A stretch of 64,000 nt of DNA from Pocillopora damicornis. Lineage: Eukaryota. Under the pieces are notes generated by a model. It was not told the DNA's origin. It did not search any database and saw only the letters and a program-made list of their open reading frames with translations. Positions 54,101 through 64,000 of the stretch are shown here, piece after piece. A program made the translations under genes and the position numbers. The stretch is taken from the NCBI RefSeq assembly GCF_003704095.1, contig NW_020846169.1, positions 186,001-250,000 on the forward strand, in the 5' to 3' direction. How positions within the stretch are numbered: the first letter of the stretch is position 1; each line of letters starts with the position of its first letter.

Positions 54101-57100
54101 GCAGGAAAGAAAAAGCATGTGTCATGGTTTCATTCAACAGGATCTGCATCAATATTGTATCTTCTTATGAAGAAGTTGTGGTGTGCCTTGATTTGTTCTT
54201 CCGTCATAAGAATGTCTTTGTAAATGAGCAAAGTATGACAGTCAGAGTTTAAACCTTCATGAAAATTATCTTCATCTTGTTTTGAAAATTTCCCACATAC
54301 ATAATTATTATAACTAATTCTTCTTGCACTAAAGTTGAGAAGCCTTCTCCCATTACACTAGAAGGAGAATTTATTACAGCATCTCCATTACTATCCATAT
54401 TCCAGTGACAGCTGACAATTTTCCACTTTCCTCCTTCTGTTGGGTTTGCTTTTCTCTTAAATCCTGCTGAAGGTTTAACATCAATAGAAACAAACTTAAA
54501 ATCAGGTTTTTTTGTAAATTGAATAATTTTGTGTTTTCTCCAACAACAGTGAATGGTACATCCGGTCCTGATCAAGCAGTTTCTTGTATGTATTGATGTT
54601 CCATTTAAACTTCTCTTACATATCTTGATAACACTGAAGACATTTAAGATTTTAAGATCATTGATCAAATGAAGGTCAAAATGCCTATTTTCATCAAAAA
54701 AGAAAAAGTTTCTTGAATTGTTTTTTGAAGTTGACATTTTTGGTGTGAGTGAAATTTTATTTCAGTGGTCATTTGGATTGGCAAGATTGATGATCTTTTC
54801 ACTGTTCATATCTTTATCAGTTTCTTGAATTGATTCAACAGGATTGCTTGGGTCTGTGGAGAAACTAATTCTTTTTTATTCAAATGAATGAATTCCTTTA
54901 GGAGGTCACTCATTTCCAAGAGGAACACACTGTAGCTCTTCTCTGACAAAACAACTCTTTGGTCAATCCTTCGTGTAGTAAAAAACAGACTCGCCCTCAG
55001 AGACCAGATTGGATCTGTTGCTCTTCTTTGACCACCTTTCAGCTCACCAGCAGCATAGAGATATCTCACATTCTTTGAAGAGTCAAGTTTCTTTTTCTTT
55101 AGGCTAACTGGCCTTGAATAAGTTGTTGAACTCTTTGCATCAACCAACTTGTCTTTGATTGCATCAACAGGTTTCTTTCTAGTCAACCTGGTTATTCACT
55201 ATTCAACTTTACTGTATTGGAAAGTGAAGAGACATTCACCCAAAGTTCAATTAAATTGCCCAACAATTCCCTGATCTCTGTGAAAGGTCATATTCCCTCT
55301 TCTTATCTTCACATCATGCTTTGTCAGCTCTCTTGACATCACCCATGAATTCATGCCCAAGATCAACCTGAAGAACTTTGGGCCATCTCAGTGGTCCACG
55401 CTCACAGATTGTCTGAAAAGCCTTTGAGACCTCAGAAAATTCTTTTGAGGTGATTAATAAGGTTCAGCAGCCTTGAATCTGCTTGCAACATCAACAACAG
55501 TCAATGCATACCTGTAGAATTTCCACAACCTTGCAGTCACTTTGTCATGAGGGAGGAAAAGAAATTCAGCTTGGCAAGTTGCATTTGGAGATTTGACATC
55601 AAAAGTTTGTCTCAGGATATGCTTCAGGGCTGGCGAATAAATCTGCCAGATGGCTTGCTTCATCAGCCAAAGCTTTGCAACCTCCTCAGACACTCTGGCT
55701 TCATTAGCCAGCTTCTCACAGCTGGCAATCCCTTCCAGAAGCCTTAACTCTTAAAAGTTTTCTTTCCATTTTATCATAGTTTACAAGAAATGACTCGTAA
55801 CCAATCAATGCCATTCCTCAGCATAGATTATTTCACCTTGCTTTTGTTGAACACTTGGCTGGTAGAAGTCAGAAAGTTGTGGTTCTCTCAGATCAAGCTC
55901 TTGATTATACCCCTTGTTGTACAGCATCAAAGCATAATCTGTGTCCACCAAACTCTGTTTTGCCTGCTCCTTGACTCTGTCATTAGTTGCAATCCAATCA
56001 AGGAGCTTGTTTAATTTTATTGATACTTTTCATAAGCTGCTTGGTACTTCTCCACTGCAAGATCGTGTCTCTTCTTTTCTTAAACACTGTTCTAGTCTCC
56101 ACTCAAATACTTTGCAAGATAGCTTCCACAAACAAATGCAGTTGCATTGATGGGCACTCCTCCAATCATTATTGCTATGCTTGCCATTTTATTTATCTTC
56201 AACATTATTTTTTGAAAATTGACAACAAGTATTCATCATGAAACTTTGGACAAAGTTCTGCCTCTGCCTTGTTGATATAGAATATTAAGGCAGTCTCAAT
56301 GATTGTGTAGACTGCTGCTAACTTAATTGCATTCATTCAAATTGGCTGAACATTTTTAAGATGGCAAAATCTTTTGTTCTTCAAGATACCATTTTGCCGC
56401 GATTGATGCAGTGATTATGATGGTGACCCTAACATTGTTCATGAGATTTTAACTTGGATCAGAGGTCATTAGTTCTTCTCTTTGCAACTCATCTGATTCC
56501 AGTAGCAAATCCAGTCAAAGTGGCTGAATTGGTCAATGTCTTCATAAGCTTATTATCAGACATTTTATTTGGTAATCAGAAAAAAATCAATCCATCGACT
56601 TTACTCTCACAGGAATTTGACTTTGTGTGTTTTGCTATGTTTTACTTTGCTGTGCTTGAGCCTGTGGCTGTGGTTCATTAACGAGAGCCATCAACTCTTT
56701 TCTTTTTATAGTACAGTCCAGCCAGTGAGAGAATGACACTTGCCACTGAAAGAATTTGAGTGAGTGAGAATGATGATGTTTCTGGATCTGGTTCTGGTTA
56801 TAATCCTGCCCCTCTGGCATCTGGATCCTTTGGATCTTTGGATTGCTTTAAACCTCCTCTCTTCCTCATTTTCTCTCTCACTCTTTGGTTATGTTCAGCA
56901 TTTTTTGCCAACTGTGACACGCCCCGGGTCTTTATTTGGTCTCCTCTTATTTTTGTCAGTTTAAGTCACCTGTTAAGCCACTACGAGGCCTGGCGGAAAG
57001 TATTTACAAAGTATAAAGTATAAAATTATAAATTAATAAGAACTTGATCAGTTTCTTCAAAAGTACAATCTATTTCCTTATTATTGACCAAAGGTACTTC

Positions 57101-60100
57101 AACATTTTTGACAGTGGGAAAGCACTTGTGACTCCCTTTCATACTTCAGACTCAATCCACTGGCAATCATTCTAAGTTCTCTCTTTAGCATGAAGTTATC
57201 AGTCAAGTCCTTCAGAAGTTTTCCTTCATCAACAAGGAAAAAATGAGCTGATGTTTAACATGAGAGAGAGAGAAATGTATCAATCATTGCATCACAAGTC
57301 TTTGAAGACAAAGAAGCTTCATATCTCTTGAAGTATTTCTCAACATCTTGTTGAGTAAGCTTCTTGACTTGATCCTAGGTGAGAGATACACCAATCATTT
57401 TCTTTGCTTTACCACTTGCAACAAGAACGGCAAGTTGCTCTTGATGTTCTGAATCATTGGAGAGTTCAACCTTGAGAATGTTCAGAACATCATTAACAGT
57501 ATCTTTTTCATTATCAGACATCTCCATTTTATTTAAGAAATATTTTCATGAAAGTTCAAGATCAATGCAATAAGGATGGTGAAGTGAGGATATGAGATGT
57601 GAATACTTACCACTTTTTAGCATCGCTATTAATTACCTAATCCTTGAAAATGATCTTCCTATCCTTGGCAGATGGTGTGTAGAAGAGAACTAGTGCAGCA
57701 GTGGTCTCTCTGAATGGTTTTGCAATGCTTGTTATCTGTTGTGTGAGAACCTACACAGTGATTTCTTTATGTCTTGTGCAGAATGCTAAATTCATGAGTT
57801 CATTCGTCCTCTGCTTCTCTCCTCTGCATCTCTCAAAGCAGCACAATCATCAAGAATGATCATTTTCCTCATTTGCGTGTTTCCACTGAATAAGGAATCC
57901 TTTTGGTCTTCATGAATTACATTCTTCTATATTACAGCCTTCTTAGTCCCTCGACACTTTTTCTCCTCTTTTCCCTCAAACAAGTGCCTAATTTTCAGTG
58001 CTTTCTTGCATTGTTGACTAATCTCACACCCACACCATTCCTGATGTTTTCCATAGTTTTTCCAAAGACCACATTGTTCATCAACTTGAAAAACTCAAGT
58101 TAAGGGATGTATTTTGTTGGTTTTGTTTCCTCACAAGCTTCACCCATATATTTGTTGTTTGCCTGTGCAAAATAATTTGAGATCATGGAGATTCCTCCAC
58201 AAATTCCTATTTCAATCAGCAGCAGCATGTCAGGGTCACTCAATAGCTCAAGCTCAACATTTGTCACCTTTAATCTAGCATCCCAAGCCATTCCAGGAGC
58301 CATGTAATACCAGGCAGGGTCGAGCCCATAATTCTTATGACAGACATTTCTGAACTCTTCAAACACATCTGCAAGCAGGAGTAGGTCTGTCTTAAGATAA
58401 AGGTCATGGTAATCACCCATCATCTTCATTTTTAACTCTTTCCAGGCCTTCTGTGCATGCTCATAGTCTTCAGAGATATCACAGTCATTCAGCTTAGAGT
58501 AGAGCTTATCTTTAGGTGGTAGTTCCTCAAAGTTTTTGATACTATCCATGTAGTTATATGGATAAACCCCCTTTCTTGATATCAACTCAATTGCAGCTAT
58601 GTTGTCTGACCCTCCAGGGCTTTTGTCCTGCCGTGCAACAGCATGGCTGACTGCTTACCCCTACAGACCCTGGCTAAAGGCTTACCCCTGCAAGCCCTGG
58701 CTGAAGGCTTTTAAGACCTTCTTGGTTTGTCTTGGATTACCTTGACTAAAATTACTAATTTTTCAAGGAATGAAGGCATGCACCTGAAGCTGTTGATAAA
58801 GCAAAGCTCAATCTCGACTTCAGCTTCTTTATCTTCTTTGTTGATGTACGGGCCAGCAACGACTTCTTTACTAAAGCTGATGTACTTTTCTTTGTTCTTG
58901 GGAATGCATTTGATGTTTCCCTTGCTTTTACAGCCTGCCCAAAGGGTTGCTCAGATTCTTAATGAATAGATGAGAGTCATAACCAGTCAATTTGTTAATA
59001 ATGACAGGAATGAGCTTCAGCTTCTTGAATTGTAGGTTGCATTTGTAGTAAGCTGCTCTGCGACACTTCCCTGTGAAATGGCAGTGGTCTCTCAGTTTGC
59101 CTTCATTAAGTGCAGATCCAGCTGTGTGTTGCATCATTGAACTCACACCTTTCTTCATCTGTGAAGTTCATCTTCTTGGCAAAGTCGAATTCGTTATAAA
59201 TCTTCTTGATTTTCTCCTCAAGCATTTCAACAAAGATCTGACCAACATCTTCATCCTTGCTCTTTACCCTATAGATAACTGGCGCTTGTGAATAAAGCTT
59301 ACTATCAAAGAAAACAATGTGATAGCTGATCCCACCTGGTTTCTGCTTTTGATACTGATTAGTGAAGTTCTTATCACTGCTTAGCTCACAATTACTCATT
59401 TACTTAGTAGAAGAATCAAACTCAACATAAACCACAAAGTTTACTCCTACTGAGCGGTTATGATTCTTTAATTTGATTACACTACCCTCATCTGGCATCT
59501 CAATCCTGTCTGCCTCCTTCCTTGAGAAATACTCTTTATGGAGTGCATGCTTTTCTTTGCTTGAGAAGTGATTCAGACACCTGAGACAATATTGTTGTGC
59601 TTTGAGGTTTGACACGATAGTCTGCTCATGTTGTTTATCAGGCAGTAGTGTTTCTTTTCATCATCTGCTATCAGAAGGTTGGTGACATGCTTCTTTTTAT
59701 TCTGCCACTCTACAGCCTTGCCAAAGGCTTGCCCCATTGAGGCCCAGCCAAAGGCTTACTTCATTATCCTCATTGGATAAAAATCAAGCCTTCAGCCAGG
59801 CGTCAAAGAAGCTTGTTCATTACCAAGCACGTTTACTGCAATGTTTTCTTCTTTCATTGTGCAGCTTGCTAGGGAAGTTAATGCCACTCCAGTCAAGCTT
59901 CTCAGATTATGCTTTGAGAATCTTTGTGATCCTTTGAAGGTTTTTTTCAACTGTAAGCACTCTTGTTATCAACCACTTGAAACAATGATTATCTGCATTT
60001 TTAATATTTACAACTGCTTTCTTACTTTTAATGAATTCTAGGAGTTCACCGTAAGAGCTGCTGTATAATGGTCTGTATCATGTTCCAAGGAGGTAAATGA

Positions 60101-63100
60101 AGGAACTTCTTCTTATTTTAAAGAGCCATATGTCACTCTTGCTAGAAACAGTCAGAGGATATTTAATCCTGACATCAAGAGTATGAGAGACAGTGAGCTT
60201 CATGGAAGTGGATTGAAATTGGTGAATATGAAAGAAGGAGTTCAGCTTGCAATCAACAGGAAAGTATCAGGTTTAGGGAATGTTAAATGTCATATCTTCA
60301 TCCCCTTAGATGCTCAGCTCAACATCATCAACCCTGAGCTTGAAAGTGTGACTTATTGATGAAACTGTCAATACTCTTCTCATTTACAAAGGCACTCTTT
60401 TGACAGAAGAACAAATCAAGGCACACCACAACTTCTTTGTGAGAAGATACAACATTCATTGAAAATCTTCACACAAAAATCAACACCCTGATCGATGGCA
60501 TGACAGGAGAATCATTCAAGAGAATTGTTCAAGATGATAATATTTACACTCTCATCAGAAATCATGAGTGAGACACTGTGAATATCATTCACCTGTGAAA
60601 AATTCAAGTTTTCTTGAAATCAAGGTTGTCTCCAAAATGTGGAAAGCTGTTTTTCAAAATCAAGGTTGATTTCAAGGTTGATTGAAATTAAGGTTAAATT
60701 CATGAGTTGACTTAAAATCAAGGTTGTTTTCAAAACACACCAGAATCCCCCTTTCATTCAACTATCTATAAAATACAATTCAAAGAACAAATGAGCTGAA
60801 AAGAAATTTTTTTTTCCCTATGTGGCCTTGCTTCAGTACAAAAGTCAATCCAAACCTATCACCTCTGCTTCCCTTTGACGTCTGATTTCAGTCCGAGATT
60901 TTGCCGTTTTCTGCAATGGTAAGGTAAAACATTCAGTTTATGACAAACTTGAGTACTCACTTAATAAACAGGTATAGAAGGATACAGGAAGTTCAACTGC
61001 GTGTACTTGCAGCTTCTATTCCATATCTATTGTTTACACTGAAAGAATCCTCAAACAATGTAAGACAATGGAACAAAAGATATTAAGTGACACAATATAT
61101 TAACTTATAATACAGGTGTTGACAAGGATCATGAGTAATCATCTACCAAGCATCCTTAATGCCTATTATATCAATAAGGATTTCAATTTGTGCACAATTC
61201 AGCTAATCACTGAGTCAGGGTGCAACAGTATCTGGCAGTTTCCCCTAAACTTAAAACACTTATCTCCTTACTGTTAGTGATAGTTTCTTCAAAAAATAAA
61301 TCATCTCCATTCTATAGCCCTATATTTTCAACACTCAGGAAAGGATTGACAATCTTTTTTCTTTAGGTACCTCAATGCAACACCTATATTAACAAAGTCC
61401 ACTGAACAATAACAGGGATCAACTTGAACATTTGAAACATTATCTAATTTGTAAGTTATAACAGCTCTGTAAACTTCACCTTGGAATCAGGAGGTTTGGG
61501 AATCCTCACTGTTGCATCCCTGAAGAAAAAAAAAAGAACAACACATCAACACACACAAGTGAATAGTGCTTTTCACGTGCACCAATTGGCTAGTGTGGGA
61601 GTAAATAGGAAGTACTATATCCTCTCTGAGTAGCTGATGAGACCAAATTGTGTGACAAGAGTTTGATTTCTGACCATTTTTTGGTATGTTGAGAGAAATA
61701 AACTATTTTTGGTGTTATTATTCAGGTCAGTGTCATCAAAAGTGGTGGATATTTACTGAGCTGCAAAGCAGCAAGGTAAATGTCCACCACTACTCACCTC
61801 CACTTTGGTTAATAATTGTTAATCAATGATGACATAGTAATTGTTAATTAATGGATGACATATAACAATTATTGATTGTTGAGTTTTTGGTGGAAAGCCC
61901 ATAGTCTTGGCTTTTTACCATTACAGGTAACCAGAGAGCATGAAAAACGTTTTGCTTATTTGGTTATAAATTGTTTCCTGTGCCAGGTGGGTATTGGTGA
62001 AGACTGCTGATTGTGACATACAGATGTAGAGGATTTTTGGGCTACCACTTTTTCCACCTTAATTTTGATAATAATACCTCTAAATCAAGTTACAAATTGA
62101 AAAAAGATATTAGGCAAATCCTTTGTCAAGAAAAGGAAAAAAATTGGTTTGTGCTCTCTGGCAACCATAGATTTAAAATCATCAAGTGAAGAAAGTTAGC
62201 TTGCTAAAACCTGAGATCAACTTCCAAGATATTGAATCTTTATAGTGGCACAAAACTGTCCCAATCCCTATGCAGCCACAATATGATAAATGGCTTGAGT
62301 TCTTATCTTTGTGTTGAAATCCAGCAGTTACAGGTTAGTTCTAAAGTGGCTGGGTTTGCTTCTGATTACCTTATTTTACCCATCATCTCCAACTGCTTTT
62401 GTTTGGCTTGTTTTGACTAAAAGAAATCAATCAGAAAGTAAAATAAAACTTACTCTCCTAGCAGCTTGTAGCACTTTTAACAAAATAGACAGCACTTCTA
62501 AAAAGGGTGACTCACCCCCAGGCCATGGACTACTCAGTTTGTGCTCTTAAGTTCACTTTCTTTTCATATAATAACTTCTGATGTTGCTGCTTTTCCAAAC
62601 TTAACAGTTCCAAACTTAACATCAACATCACATAGATAAGTAGAAATTATAACTACTTCTCACTTTCATTTCCTAAGCTACTCTAACACAACTACAATAA
62701 GTGTTTTTAATATCAAAGCTCTGAAAGTTGACTGAAGTTTGCTCTTTTTAATGGCCTAGAGTCTATTGTATCTCTTAGTTTTTAAATTCTTTCCAAACAG
62801 ATGGAATATTAAGTAGAATTGCTTAACTACAAAGAGACACCCTTTTATAACCTTATTCAAATATCAAAATTTGTGTAATAATAGTCTTTCACTTAAGCAA
62901 GTACATTGTGAAGCTTTTTCCATTACGAAGTTGAGTATGCTAGTTGAGTTCATGTTGGTTGTTGACATGAACTAAAAAAAAGTTACTGTGGAACCAAACT
63001 CTGTCTAATCCTTGATGTCTGTAGCAAGTTTGCTTGAAGCAGGTCTGTATGTGCCAGGAAACTGTGACAAGTTTCCATTCCTGCTGCAAGTGGTCTCCAC

Positions 63101-63668
63101 CAAGCTATTTTCCCCCATTATTGTTGCATTCCTCCCAAAAGTTGAATTAGTGTGAAAAACCTTTTGTCACAGTTATCTTAAGAAGGTTAATTACAGTAAT
63201 AGCAGCCTTCCATGTTACCTTGTCCAAACCTTGTCGTCTTTGTCCTTGTAGGTACTTTCTCATTCTTTCTTCTTCCTCAAACCTAAAAGTTGAAATTTTA
63301 TCTTAAACAATGAATATCAATGAACAAAAGTTAATGTGGGGATACTACAAAAGTATTTGAATGATGCAGTAGCCTCCATTTCACTATAAAATATGCTAAA
63401 ATATTTTACTTTAGACCTTATCTGTTTCTTAAAGCTTGCAGTTTTCCTTGAGTTTCAAACTTAGAACAGCTGTCTGTTGCCTATTATCCAAGCATACTTT
63501 TGCATCAAATGGTTACTGTGTGTCTAATTTTATACAATTGGTTATCAGTGTCACAACATACTTTGCTTTAAATGCCAAATCCTCCTGCTGTTTCTGTTTG
63601 GCTTGGTATCTCTGAACTAGTTGCTCAAAATTCAAATCCACTTGACGTTTGGTTAGCTGCTTCAGTCG
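27129..63668 (-). CDS. SPEF2: Sperm flagellar protein 2 (SPEF2/KPL2), 5'-partial, ~52 exons traced
   Basis: GT-AG exons, phase-consistent except across the 34807 gap: 63668-63562, 63282-63219, 62416-62370, 61519-61480, 60910-60863, 53731-53652, 53341-53251, 52582-52514, 50942-50880, 50435-50352, 49503-49469, 49261-49192, 48684-48559, 48271-48210, 47550-47478, 47365-47270, 46937-46821, 46446-46344, 45738-45632, 45529-45403, 44933-44749, 44061-43958, 43815-43752, 43161-43030, 42652-42565, 42140-42005, 41716-41625, 41422-41343, 40676-40643, 40236-40048, 39552-39349, 38556-38447, 37873-37746, 37447-37381, 36751-36680, 36442-36241, 35723-35492, 34518-34347, 34118-34017, 33895-33828, 33101-33031, 32872-32773, 32330-32223, 31825-31748, 31621-31571, 30967-30785, 30341-30249, 29521-29363, 28894-28835, 28741-28661, 27513-27388, 27176-27129 (stop). 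Motifs: LMRQSQQERRIAVQLMQIRHEKEVIRQNR, adenylate-kinase-like LGKFFSGKTT and GWIMDGFP, and IDWRRFLLAAAQPWP. Confidence 0.92.
27630..28610 (+). mobile_element. Penelope-like element fragment (GIY-YIG) with inverted pLTR/hammerhead remnant, in a SPEF2 intron
   Basis: Reads CTLCK...GKTDSRLGDRFREHL...ASKPVATHVNL...EQQFIYQIGTLNAHGINER. The reverse complement of 27655-27693 is attcgctctgacgaaggtccaacgcccaaaactttagc, a CUGACGA hammerhead core. Confidence 0.85.
29785..29884. other. Assembly gap (100 N) inside SPEF2
   Basis: Run of N. Confidence 1.
29885..30123 (-). mobile_element. tRNA-derived SINE-like repeat
   Basis: The reverse strand reads AGCTCAGTTGGTAGAGCACTGCACCGATATTGCAGAGGTCATGGGTTCAAATCCC, with A and B boxes, embedded in a longer repeat body. 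Confidence 0.75.
31039..31097 (+). repeat. Isolated Penelope-type pLTR/hammerhead remnant
   Basis: attcgcactaatgaagggctgctgctcgagacgtcagccttgaaactctttacggtggc is homologous to the inverted copy at 27634-27693. Confidence 0.65.
31100..31470. repeat. Non-autonomous DNA-element-like repeat
   Basis: tacttattaactgagcgggagggccagacagg...actcagtcaataagca forms a partial inverted pair and is GC-richer than the flanking intron. Confidence 0.35.
31895..32170 (+). repeat. Degenerate (TCTG/TGTC)n simple repeat
   Basis: Repeated tgtc/tctg/tatc tetramers. Confidence 0.8.
34807..34906. other. Assembly gap (100 N) inside SPEF2
   Basis: Run of N; the exon phase breaks (2 to 0) across it. Confidence 1.
46146..46167 (+). 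repeat. (CA)n microsatellite after a poly-C run
   Basis: Direct reading. Confidence 0.9.
46476..46803. mobile_element. Putative solo-LTR-like insertion carrying clustered heat-shock elements
   Basis: Begins TGTT and ends AACA, with nGAAn arrays at 46587-46604, 46663-46675 and 46705-46727. No clean TSD was found. Confidence 0.5.
51125..52423. mobile_element. Penelope-like element with inverted pLTRs, hammerhead cores and a 13-bp TSD
   Basis: The TSD cagttacttataa is at 51112-51124 and 52424-52436. Inverted ~200-bp arms lie at 51164-51367 and 52224-52423. GIY-YIG (AIYSIPCNDCDNEYIGQT) is on the minus strand and the RT tail (KFTLEHE..LPFLD..YHKPTHTNKYL) on the plus strand. Confidence 0.92.
52317..52358 (+). 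ncRNA. Minimal type I hammerhead ribozyme remnant (probably inactive); inverted twin at ~51231-51272
   Basis: ccc-CTGATGA-a-ggcact-agacagg-agtgtc-GAAA-cact-ggg: the core and stem II are intact, but stem III looks eroded. Confidence 0.6.
52750..53155. repeat. Decayed MITE-like repeat
   Basis: ctctattgagtggacac near the left end and gcttaatagaggtttcattg near the right end form an imperfect inverted pair. Confidence 0.35.
54950..55768 (-). pseudogene. Retroviral-like (rve/DDE) integrase of the Polinton
   Basis: WQIYSPA...CQAEFLFLPHD...YRYALTVVDVASRFKAAEP, WPKVLQVDLGHEFMG, HRDQGIV and RRATDPIWS, broken by frameshifts. Confidence 0.85.
57630..57900 (-). pseudogene. Packaging ATPase C-terminal fragment
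   Basis: MIILDDCA (Walker B), LAFCTRHKEITV.VLTQQITSIAKPFRE. Confidence 0.7.
57950..60050 (-). pseudogene. Protein-primed family B DNA polymerase (frameshifted, catalytic palm deleted)
   Basis: INIKN.DNHCFKW, HYCLI, YCLRCLNHF, VVYVEFD, RDHCHFTGK, GYDSHLFI, RKGVYPYNYMDS, DYHDLYLKTDLLLLADVFE and FFKLMNNVVFGKTMEN. The YxDxNxLY motif is missing between KYI and FFKL. Confidence 0.9.
60603..60730 (+). repeat. Array of TCAAGGTTG-like nonamers at the Polinton end
   Basis: tcaaggttg occurs at about 60620, 60660, 60672 and 60718, with additional variants. Confidence 0.75.
61556..61822. repeat. Palindromic non-autonomous element with a 51-bp hairpin
   Basis: agtggtggatatttac-tgagctgcaaagcagcaag-gtaaatgtccaccact at 61741-61791. 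Confidence 0.7.
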
Positions 63669-64000
63669 CTAAAGTGAAGAACAACAGTCAAAACTCCTTA
63701 AGGATAACATTCTTAATTCTGATGGCATACTGCAAACTCAATGGCCCAATGTTATAACTACTCAGTTGCCTGTACCATCATTACTTTCAAAATAATGACA
63801 AGTGCAAAACCTCTCTTAAGAAAATGAGTTTAATTTCCATAAGTGACCCTTTTTTCTCTCATAGCAAGGCTTTGCTTGTTTTCATAAAGAGGCCTCGGTT
63901 CTCTCTGAAATACATAGCCCTTTTCTTATAGCTAATATTTTACAACATTAATAACTAGAAAGTCACAAATTAGGAACATTAATATAGTCTAACTAAAGAA

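Larger units (their letters stand above)
54040..60750 (-). mobile_element. Decayed, internally deleted Polinton/Maverick element in the 7.1-kb SPEF2 intron
   Basis: Contains pPolB, packaging ATPase, several small ORFs, an rve integrase and a terminal TCAAGGTTG array. Boundaries are approximate. Confidence 0.88.

Noticed and set aside
19989-60750. The two Polinton blocks as halves of a single giant element
   Set aside because: Each has its own dissimilar ATPase, they differ in CpG decay, and a conserved host gene lies between and around them.

Overview
Eukaryotic genomic DNA, intron-rich and AT-rich, with three 100-N scaffold gaps. The repeat content resembles a stony coral or other anthozoan, though the taxon is my inference. 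Three host genes lie on the minus strand. (1) A membrane guanylyl cyclase with a bacterial-type NIT (nitrate/nitrite-sensing) domain between two TM helices, running off the window's left end. (2) A small 3-exon gene for a ~90-aa secreted protein with one sushi-like module. (3) A large SPEF2 gene with about 52 hand-traced exons over 27.1-63.7 kb; its 5' end lies beyond the window. The rest is mostly mobile-element relics. Two distinct decayed Polinton/Maverick (adintovirus-like) elements are present: a virion module at 20-23 kb and a pPolB/ATPase/integrase block inside a SPEF2 intron at 54-60.7 kb. Also present are Penelope-like elements with hammerhead-ribozyme remnants, RTE-type LINE fragments, tRNA-derived SINEs, MITEs and an LTR-like repeat carrying a heat-shock-element cluster. 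CpG becomes visibly depleted from about 40 kb onward. All coordinates and translations were read by eye.
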